From Podarcis filfolensis (taxonomy: Eukaryota), in the NCBI GenBank assembly GCA_964270895.1, contig OZ185435.1: 64,000 bases of DNA; one strand, 5' to 3'. This document shows positions 12,239 through 21,860 of the stretch, one piece after another (position 1 is the first letter of the stretch; each line of letters opens with the position of its first letter). Made by a program: the position numbers and the translations under genes. The notes beneath the pieces were generated by a model, which saw nothing but the letters and a program-made list of their open reading frames with translations, was not told the origin of the DNA and searched no databases.

Positions 12239-12727
12239 GTGAGTAGGCATTATTTGCATATTTTATGAACCTTTTAATAGGAACTTGGGAAATCATAAAT
12301 AACTGTAAGATTAGTTCCACAAGGAATGTAGGTGGTGGAGTCTAGTTTAGGAGTTTTGTTTAAGAGTTGATGTGTCTCTCCTAGAATTTTTGTAAGACTG
12401 AAGTGAATCAGCAAACATATTCTATTCTGTATCTGAAGCCTGCCTAAGCATGAGATGGCTTGAAAGAAAAGCTGGAATGAACAACTGACAAGAATCTTCT
12501 GATCCTTACTCTGGTCTGAAGGAGAAAATATCAGTACTTGCTTCAGTGCCAAAATATGAACTGAAATCATGAAGGGAGTCTTTGCAATATAATAAAGGGT
12601 CTTTAGCAATTTTCCCTCTCAGCTGCTGCCTGTATTTTCCATCCAGTGTTGCAAATAGTTTGATAGTCTATAATATTTGAGTTTCTTGAGAGAAGTGTCC
12701 TAGTAATTCTTCTTTAACATTTTGTAG

Positions 12728-12867
12728 TGCCAAGGCAGTCACACTATGGCCAGACATCTCCAAAACGGAAGCTTAATGTTGTAGAAGAACACAATGAAGA
12801 GCTGTACAAACGGGCCAAGGTGATGCCCGCGCAAATTCCAAAGAACCTACGACAAGAAATTGTACAT
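12728..12867 (+). CDS. CRY2: Cryptochrome 2 exon 11 (tail with bipartite NLS PKRK...KRAK); ends at 12867 if spliced, or at TAG 12877-12879 if unspliced
   Basis: ttttgtAG|TG; (M)PRQSHYGQTSPKRKLNVVEEHNEELYKRAKVMPAQIPKNLRQEIVH, then cat|GTgagt. SPKRK and EELYKRAKV match the CRY2 tail. Confidence 0.88.
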
Positions 12868-14005
12868 GTGAGTAGCTAGCATATACTTGAAACATGAGCC
12901 CTTTAAGTTACCTACATTTTTGCTCCATGACTGCTATTCAGCCATCACTACACCTGTCAGTTCAGGACAGGCATCAGCACCTAGCACCTGGCATCCACAG
13001 CCAGCTGCTGAGGACCCATGACCCCAGCAGGGCCCACCATTGATGCCTGCCCTCAACCTTCCTTTAAGACAAGGTGGTTTTTTCTGGCCTAGCACTCCAA
13101 ACAGCACCAGGCAGCTGAATTTAGCCTCCCATTTTAATTTCTCATAGCTACCAGATGCAGTGCTGCTTAAGAGTATTGCTGTAGTACCCACCACTGCAGT
13201 TCCTTGGTGATCTATCTTAGGTCACCTTCCATTTATCTTATCCTAATTAACCCTTCTCTGCCTAAAACCTCTATGCTGCTGCTTCTGGTCTAGCTCCATA
13301 TTGTCATTTCCCTAGATAGCTTTCTGCTACCTTCTCCTAAAAATGAGCTACTTGTCTGTTGTCTTTTTCTGTCTGTACCCTTTTTTCCTTTTCTCTCCCT
13401 CTCGGGAATGCTTTTGTTCTTCATTTTTCCCTGGGTACAGAACCTTAAAATCCTTGCAACTCTCCTGGCCTCTCTTTTATTTGACCTGCTATAAAAACTT
13501 GATGTTTCCAATCTTTAAAAATGGCTACAACTTTGCATTTTTATCTCTTTCTATTGCAAAGACATGACTTATTCTTATTGGCATCCATTTTTCACCTGCT
13601 CCTTTTTTAACTTTGCTGTTCATTTAGTGGTGGTAGTTTTTCTCTCTCTACCTTGTTTTGCCCCCATTCCTCATTACACTTCCTTCATTGACTTCTTTCT
13701 TCTTATTGGATCCAGTTTATTACTACTATTGATTTTCAATCTCTGCACCATTTGTATCCTTATCTAGCTTGTCTGTCCTCTATTTCCTTTTTCATCTCTA
13801 GTCTGCCAATACTCTCAGACTGCAGCTTACTGCCTTCCAATACCTGTACTTTGTTCTTCTTGCAATCGTTTAAGCTATGCCTTAAAACATTTCTCACAAA
13901 CCTCTTTCTTTCCCAGCAGTCTTGCCCTGTTTAGATTGTATATCTGCAAATGGGCTTGTTTCTGAGGGAGAAAACTAACCTGTGGGCTCTTTTATTTCTT
14001 TACAG

Positions 14006-14023
14006 CCTGAAATGAGAAACTGA
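14006..14023 (+). CDS. CRY2: Probable CRY2 exon 12 coding start (PEMRN*), followed by 3' UTR
   Basis: Strong acceptor ctcttttatttctttacAG at 14004-14005; phase 0 after exon 11 gives CCT GAA ATG AGA AAC TGA. CRY2 has a terminal, mostly UTR exon 12 in mammals. Confidence 0.65.
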   Translation, partial: PEMRN

Positions 14024-16310
14024 CAAGGCAAAAGTCAGGTTCTGGAATAGGCACTTCAGTAGCAGAGAAGGATTTTTGCCAGAAGGATCAGAACATTGAC
14101 CAACAACTTTACCCATCAAGTGTGTTAATGTGTAACACAGATTCCACACCAGGCCTCTTAAACTCCTGTGCAGGATGCAGTGAGCAAGCTTCATCAATAA
14201 CCAAAAGCCCTGGAGAACAAATCTCTGGCTTTCCTGAGATACAGTTGGAGTCTGCTAAGAAACGACATTGAATAAGACTTGCTCATTCCTAAATATATAC
14301 CTGTTACTTCAGGTGGGATCCATTTGTTGCTCCATTTAGAGCATCCCTTAGTGTTCACTCATCACTTACTAGCAGGTTACCGAGGTGAACCATGCAAAAT
14401 ATTTAATGGTGCTTACCATAGTTCCAGGAGCTGCATCTATTAAACACTCCAAATACTGTCTCTGCCATTCAAACTAGAGCAACACCGTGCACCCAGGTGT
14501 GCACATCAGCAAAAATACGTAGACTGCCAAAACGGTGGCATGTATTGATACAAAAGAGAACAGTGCAGTAACAGCAATGACCAGTTTGACTTGGGACAGC
14601 AATAGTAAGTAAGATGGATGGCCAGAATGGCAATAACTATTCAGTTAGGTGTGAAAATCCACTATGGCTCTCCAACACATAGTGTTCATGTTTCTATTCA
14701 TTGATGCTGAAAAGAGGTAACTTAGACTGGAATACAGTTCTGCAAGAGTGCAGAATATAATACTGGCCACAGAACTTTGCTTCCATTAAAAATGCTGATT
14801 TCAGTTTTTACAAAAGCAAGTTTCTAGTCCTTATGGTTGCAAAGACATGCTTGGAGCGTGTGCATATTGTTCCTGCTGACCTCTCAGAAGCTTGATGAAC
14901 TGCTGAGTGAGATTTCCTGTGGTCAGAAGGTATAGCTTCTTGCCTCTCTCCACAATTAGCAGAAGTGGAGTAAATCAGGCAAAATAAAAGACCAAATGTA
15001 CTTTATTTGCATAATTTACACAGTTCAGAAAGCTGAGTTTCTCAGCAAAATCAGATTACTATAGCATTTTTTAAAAAATACTATAACAGTCCTGCTTGTG
15101 TGAACTTGCTTTTTTGAGTACCTCAGAAGTCGTGCCAGTTTTGAATGAGTTTTCTGACATTGCCGAAAACTCATTCAGTTTCTCCTTTTACTGCAATCAG
15201 TTCATGGAATGGATTGAATCATGTCTATTGTGACTTATGTGGAGTTAATGTGGCACTGGGAGTAAGAGAGATGGAAAATACCTCTTCTGTGCAGATTTTC
15301 CTAGCAATCTCCTTCCAATGTAGTTGGTCCCTTTCCCCCCGGCTGTAGGTTGCAGTGCATTTGCATCTCTTTTGTTAAAGTACTCCTCAAGTCCTGCACT
15401 GCATGCATTGCCTTCACCTTATGGAGTACTTGGAATTCTAGCCAGATAACATAGCGCCTTCAGATTATTGATCATGCTTTCTTGATTTGTTTTCAGTGTA
15501 ACCTTGGCAGGGTTTATTCTGCCCCACCCCCCAGTCCAGTCTCAGATCAGTGGGAAATACTGAGTTTGTGATCTTGAGAAGAGATTGTTTTATATAGCAG
15601 GTCTCATATAGTAACATGAGCTGTTCCGAGTAATATTTTTTCCTGTGTGAAGCACTTCAATTGTGTTAGAAGTTAGAGTCTAAGAAGCTTATCACAGATG
15701 GATTCTCAGCAGTATATGAAGCTATATAATGCCCTAATGGTTAACTCTCTTTTTACAACATTACCTCTGTCAAAATGGGTGACCTAGACTTTTTGAATGT
15801 TGAGACAGTGAAGGACAGCCTTGATGACACCTTGAAGACATGGGGAAACCATCATTCTAATTGGGGAGCATGTGAAAACCACTTTCAGTAACACTTCTCT
15901 GAAAGCTTATCCACTACACTTGTTCATTGAAACTCTTGGACACACTTCACAAACAAACTAGATTACTTATTCAGGCCTCTTGTTGGATGTCCTTACTTCC
16001 TAAGCCATCATTTCTGGCTCCTCCCTAGCAGAAAGACAAGTATAATCCATATTATCGGGTGTTCTGTCTCCAGAATACTTAGTGGAACTGAAAGTAGCGA
16101 TGAAGGAGTGAGCCCTATTTCCTACTTCAGAGGAAAGAAATGCACTTTCTTAATTTCAAATTCAAACTGTGACTTCAGTTCCTTAAAATGTATTCCTGCT
16201 TTTACAGTTGTGTTGTAACTATTAACTTGTTTTATAAATGTCTTTATCCCCGAATTTCTTGTCTCTGTTAATTTGAATTGTTAATAAATCCAGCAAATCC
16301 TGGACTGGTT
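14024..16310 (+). other. CRY2: Probable CRY2 3' UTR (3' end uncertain; may extend to about 17,940)
   Basis: Repeat-poor unique sequence after the stop. AATAAA at 16283-16288 in an AT-rich context; more AATAAA at 16587, 17768 and 17912. Confidence 0.5.
16283..16288 (+). terminator. Candidate CRY2 polyadenylation signal AATAAA
   Basis: Canonical hexamer preceded by U-rich sequence about 2.3 kb after the stop codon; usage cannot be seen from DNA alone. Confidence 0.4.
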
Positions 16311-16385
16311 GCCTTGTATTTGATGTCTGGAAATGGAGTGCTCAATTCTGGAACAACATATAGTGCTTCTGTTCTTCCCCTTTAC

Positions 16386-16510
16386 CAGGAGTGGCTAATG
16401 TGTTGCCCTCCAGATGTTGTTGAAGCACAACTTCCATCATTCCTGACAATTGGCCATGCTGACTGGGGCTGATGGGAGTAGAGTCCCAAAAACATCTGGA
16501 GGGACCTATG
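16386..16510. mobile_element. Palindromic hAT-type MITE (degraded copy)
   Basis: Arms ccctccagatgttg...ccatca and gatgggag...aacatctggaggg; same family as 47536-47672. Confidence 0.7.
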
Positions 16511-18519
16511 GTTTAAATATTGGTGGCAAAACGTGCCCAGGAACATTCCTGATGCATTCTCCAAGAAAGTTCAGATTTTGCTTTTAAATAAAAATGCAGG
16601 AAAAATAGTTTTGGAAGGCTTAAGACAAAAGCGGTTTGCCTTCCATGAGGCAAAGGTCAATAACAGAAAAACCATGCTAGTAACATAGATCAGTTATTAA
16701 AAGTGCCAACGGTGCTTTACCAAATACAAGTGAACAAATCTGCCCAAGGTGTTTACAACCTAAAATATAACACACAGGAAGTGGATTCAGGGACAAACAG
16801 AGAAGGATTGTGGTGGTTTGAGTAAACTGCTACAAAATGGACGTGTGCTGTAGCCCTGAGGTACAAGAATCAGCTTTCATTTACACTTCTGCAGCTCCTG
16901 TAGTGCAAGAAGATTGAAAATCTGCAGAGGTTGGTTTTTAATTAAACTGAATCAAAAAGAGCTCTATGTTGTACTATATACAGTTCAGTTCCTGTCCAGG
17001 CCCTGTAGTCTCAGCCCAGTTCTCTTCTCCAATATTTACTGTTTTCAGATTTCTCAACAGTAATCACAAATTATTTAAGCAGACCATACTTTAAGTTGAA
17101 AAATCAATTTCTTCTCCATGTTATTTATGGATTTTGTTGCATGCTCTAATAATATTCTCCCCGCTATCCTGAAAGAGGTTGAAATTCAAACATGGAAATA
17201 ATGAATGCCCCTTAAATCCATTCAAACATGCAGATCACTTCCTTAGTTGCCCACAGCCTGCATACTGACTGCTGTTAATATTAATCCTTATAAGAAATTC
17301 TGGGAGCTATTCAGTTCTATCCAAGACATTGGATTTTTGTCACTTCCCTTGGAGGCTGCAAATTGTATTTTCAAAGGATGACGTACTTGTGCTGGGGATA
17401 CAGAAGCAACAAGTAGCAACCTGTGAGCATCAAAAAATTGTGCCGCAGTGTTAACTGGCTGCTCAGCCGTGGGTAGAAAGAAAACAATAACACTTGCTGC
17501 TGCTAATTAGTCCCTTACCATGGGGTAACAGTTATATCAGCAGTGATATTTAATCTTTCTGGAATGGACTACAAATGAATAGGTACCCAGTACTGCAAAT
17601 AAGACAACGCTACTGAACTTGCACAACTACTATCTCTTCTAGGTCATTCTGAAGTAGCAAATTGATTAGTTATATGCAACACAGCTGCTGCGTGGCAGAT
17701 GAAAGGGGTTTTGGATGGGTTGTTTTAAAGGGTTTAGCCTGTTTTTTCAAAAATCCATCAGGGTTCAAATAAACAGTCTTGAGAAACTCCTTGGATAAAT
17801 AGTTCTTACAGAAGAAGACCAGGGTACTTTTTAATCATCTGTAAGATAAGTTGAGCAGAGGATATCGATAAATCAATGCTAAAGGGAAAGCAAAAACACT
17901 AGCTGAAATCAAATAAATGCTGTATATATTTTCTGCATGTAGAGCAGAAAATCAGAATGGCTGTGGAAGTTTCAGCTGAAATTAGGCAAGTCCCTTGATG
18001 AACTTCAGGCACACGGCCATGACTGCTCCTCCTAAGCAGGCATTTCAAAGGAGTGGTTAGTTTTATGACACACACACACCCATTTTCTGTCAATTGTTTT
18101 AATGTACACTACTTAGAAATATTAATATTTAAGTGGTGTATAAATGGCTTAGATAAAATAACAGAATGAGTATTTAGAGGAGAAAGCAGGCGGCTGGGGG
18201 GAATTATACTGAACCTTATATTCATCGAAGATAAAACTTGCTTGTTTTCTCCCTTCTGGGCAGCTATTAAAATTGCCAAAGAGCCCTTCACAGCTAGAAC
18301 TATTGGCCAACTTACAGAGGGAGTATGAAGCAAGTATGGGGATGCAAAATACTTCACAACCTACACTTGTTATTATATAAACTGGGGGTGGTAGGACAAT
18401 ATCTGTGCTGTCAAGGACCACATTCCATCAGGAGTAAAGGGTGGGGTGTTGCTTACTAGTGGACCAAAGTCATTGGTGGGTTGGGTCACCTTTCTCCTTT
18501 TTCCTCTCTGCGCACGAGG

Positions 18520-18950
18520 TTGCCTGGAGAGGACAGGTTGCTCTTGCTAGATATCTGAAGGGATTGACATCGGTCCTACCACCCTCACCGGTACACTCGG
18601 TAGTGCTATGGGAGAGGGCCTTCTTGGTGGCTGCTCCCAGACTATGGAAATCCCTAGAGAAGCTGGACTGGAGTTCTCATTTTCCTTCTTTTGACAAGTG
18701 AAGACTTTCTTGTTCTAAGTCTTTTGGGAACTGACTGCTTGACTGCTTTTAATGGAAGAGCTGGTGCTGTGCTGTTCTGTTTCGTCATCATTAGCATGGT
18801 TTTAATAGATTCTATATAGAGAGAGAGTTTCAATTCTGTCAATGTTTAATTGGTTTTTTAATGATTTTCCCCTATGTTTTTAATGGTTCTTTTATCTGTA
18901 AGTTGCCTGAAGCGTATGTAACCCGAGGTACCACTGTAATAATAATAATA
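18520..18950 (+). mobile_element. L2-clade LINE 3' end remnant
   Basis: ERAFLVAAPRLWKSL motif, followed by a T-rich and (AAT)n tail. Confidence 0.65.
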
Positions 18951-18972
18951 ATTGCTTGCCAGAGGCAAGCGT

Positions 18973-19316
18973 TGTGAGATTCTAGGAGTTCCAGACACAT
19001 ACCCAGGGTTCGTATTTCTTTCACAATGAAGTACAGCAGAGACTGTGGTGTATTTATGATATATGGTTTATTTACACATATATACAATCTGAATTTACAA
19101 TGGAGGGATTCACAGCATTAACACTCCAAACAGTCATTGCTTATCCCAGCACTGAATTCAAATAGAAATCAATCACGGCTCTCTCTCTCTGGTTCCCAGA
19201 TTGCAGCTTTTCTTCCAATGTCTAGCTTCCAGGTCACATAACTTTCAACTCTTGCCTTTGGATATCTAACTACCAGCCGCTTGAGGGAGGGGGCCCCTCA
19301 TTTGCCATCTAGCACA
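18973..19316 (-). mobile_element. Possible solo LTR (about 344 bp)
   Basis: TGTG...CACA termini; the minus strand carries tgtatatatgtgtaAATAAAcc as in LTR R regions. No TSD found. Confidence 0.4.
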
Positions 19317-19342
19317 AAACCACTCCATTTAATGGTCTAGGC

Positions 19343-19546
19343 CAGAGCTTTCCAAACTGTGTTGCAACACATTAGTGTGTCGGCTGCAATGTGTAGGTGT
19401 GTTGTGTGAATGCTGCCCATGCTCCTCCCAGGGCTGGAAAGGAGTACGTTTAACCTCCGGTTTGCTAGTAAAACACAATTACTGTGTCGCGAAATGATGC
19501 ATGTCTAAAAAGTGTGTCACCAACATGAAAAGTTTTGAAAGCTCTG
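19343..19546. mobile_element. hAT MITE (204 bp)
   Basis: TIRs CAGAGCTTTCCAAACT / AGTTTTGAAAGCTCTG; perfect 8-bp TSD GTCTAGGC (19335-19342, 19547-19554). Confidence 0.9.
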
Positions 19547-19689
19547 GTCTAGGCTATCGTCTCACCATGAATTTGAATCCTTGCTTATATTTTAACACTT
19601 GCTGGATCCAGGGATTAGAACAGTCTTGGCCTATAGCCTACTCCCTGTCCAAACTCCTAACAATATAAATTCAATGAAAGAGAAGGGTC

Positions 19690-20050
19690 CCACAAAAAAC
19701 ACCTTAACTGTCCAACATTGCCAGCATATTCTGAAAGCTGTACAATTAAGTTGCTAAATGCACCTGTTTGGAGGGAGTTCCACAAATGAGGGGCTGCCAC
19801 AGCCCTCTCCTGGGCCACCATACTTCCGAGTTTACTACCTCTGCAGATCTTAAGAAAGACAGCCATGTTCAGCAGTCTTCCAACTATTTGGGGCCTAAGT
19901 CATTTGGGGCTTCAAAGACTAGCATGAGCACCTTGAATTGAACCTGGAAATGAAATGTCAACCAGTGCAGCTGTTTTAAAATGGGAGTTATATGAGCTCT
20001 AAGGGGACCCTGGTCAGTAATACAATAGCTGCATTTTTGATCCACTGACA
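19690..20050 (-). mobile_element. Degraded L2-clade LINE fragment
   Basis: Minus peptide ERAVAAPHLWNSL and flanking L2-like 3' sequence. Confidence 0.55.
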
Positions 20051-20499
20051 TTTCTAAATGTTCTTCATTGCAACAAATACATGCTCCTTTTCAGTGAAAA
20101 CTGTGACCTAATTACTGTGGGCACCTCCAGACTGATGGGCTTTTGCTGCAGGTGTATTCTGTAATATTTTTGTGGATACAATAATAGCACATTAGAGGTG
20201 GATTTATACAGGACCATCCACATCCCATTCTACTTTATTATCTGTTCTGTGATGCTTCCCCAATGTTACCGCATTATTATCACCTGGAAGGGCTGAACGG
20301 CGACAAAAGTGGGACAAAAAAAAAACACCACCACCCAGCAAAACATTTGCGGTATTAAAAGTTATGGGAAGGCAGCGGAAGTTATGGGATGCACACAGAT
20401 GGGAAGTGAAGCAGTATGTCTGCCCCAAACCTTTTTGCATTGCAGGTGTAAATAATATTGAAAGTGCGATAGTGTATAACCACCCACCCCATTCTGTCA

Positions 20500-21860
20500 T
20501 GAGCACCAACGGTCACGGGAGCGTGCCTGCCTCCTCAAATGAGACCTAAATGCCAGTTGATTTCCTCACATTCCTGCCTGGTTGTTCGCGCTCCCGCACG
20601 TCTGTCGCCCTCCTGCCCTGTCCGAATTTAGACTGTAAGCTCTGTGGGGGCAGAGACTGGTCTCTGCAATGAACGTGCAATGAATGTACGTGCGCTGGTG
20701 GCGCTGTACTTACGAGATTTCCGAGCGAAACTTACAGGCCGCCCTTTACTACAAAGAAAACGCCACGCAGTCAAGGGGGTATTCTCTCTGCACACATAAA
20801 GCACGCGTACACGAATATGCACGCATAGATCTAGAGCAGCTTCAGGTACAGCTCCCAGGCCCGGCTTCTCCTACGCGCAGCGCGCAACCGCCTCTTTGGC
20901 TCGGGCGACTCCTCTCCCGCTCCCACCTGCTTCCCAGCCACTCCCGTAGAGCTCCTCCTCCGGCTTTCCCTCCCTGCAAACCCCACCCCAGAGGCCCGAG
21001 GCCCGCCTTTGCGCCGCTTGCTTTTCCTCAGGCGCCTCTTGGCTCTGCCGCCGCGCAGGCCGCCTGCCTGTCCGCCTGTGCCTGGTGGGGGCGGCCCGCT
21101 TCACCTGCTGCTGCTGCAGCAGCAGCTCCCCCTGGCAAGAGGAGGCGGGAAGCGGGTGGTGGTGGGTGGGCTTGGCCGGCCTGCTGCATCCAGCCGTGGG
21201 GTGGGGTGGCGACGACATCTGCCTTGCAGCTGCCGCCGCCACAGAGGTGGGAACCTGCTTGGGCTCGGAGGAGCATCAGCGGCAGCGCCTCTTCGCGCTC
21301 ACGCGCTTCTACCCCCACCGGCTTCCTCCTGCTGATCCTTCCGCACCTCGCTCACCCCCTTCCCCGCCACCCGCCCGCCGCCGCCGTCGCCCTCCTCGCC
21401 GGTAAATAATCGCTGTCTGGTTGCCCCGCTGAGCCCTCCCTCCGCCGTGCCTGCCTGCCTGCCTGCCAGCCTCGGCATCCCCCTCCCCCTCGCCTCCCGC
21501 CTGCATGGAGAGGGAGAATGGCGGAGAGAGAGAAAGGAGCCACGTCCCCGACCGGATCCTCCCCGTTCTTGGGGCTGCACCTCGCCTCGCCCCCCAATTT
21601 CAGGTACCGGAGCTCCCCCCGCCCCCATCTCGACCGCCCTTTGCAATGGGAGATGCTTCGCCGCCAGGGGAGGTTGGGGGGCAATAGGCACTGCTCTACC
21701 CTACCCTGCCACCCCTTGCCCACCGCCTGCGTTTCAGTTCAAGGGCCCCTCAACACCCCCCACCCCGACCCCGATGGCCCTTCTCCCTCCCCTTCTGTGT
21801 GGGGTGGTTGCCTGAAGAGCGGGGCTCTCGTCATCCTCAGTTGTATCCGCCAGCTATTAC
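20500..21860. promoter_or_regulatory. CpG island / promoter and 5' UTR of MAPK8IP1 exon 1a
   Basis: Abrupt GC- and CpG-rich block in a CpG-depleted background, with GC boxes (ggggcggc, ccgccc), containing the ATG at 21518. Confidence 0.9.
21518..21603 (+). CDS. MAPK8IP1: JNK-interacting protein 1 (JIP1/IB1) exon 1a, coding part
   Basis: Strong Kozak AgaATGG. MAEREKGATSPTGSSPFLGLHLASPPNF(R) matches mammalian MAERE...ASPFLGLHIASPPNFR. Donor AG|GTaccg, phase 2. Confidence 0.95.

Noticed and set aside
21405-21435. Possible RE1 in the exon 1a leader (cgctgtctggttgccccgctgag)
   Set aside because: Only a partial half-site match; spacing and the second half-site do not fit canonical or known non-canonical RE1.
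20684-21815. Long overlapping ORFs on both strands (up to 241 aa) in the CpG island
   Set aside because: Low-complexity Ala/Pro/Arg/Gly translations typical of stop-poor GC-rich DNA, with no recognisable domain; only 21518-21603 matches a real protein.
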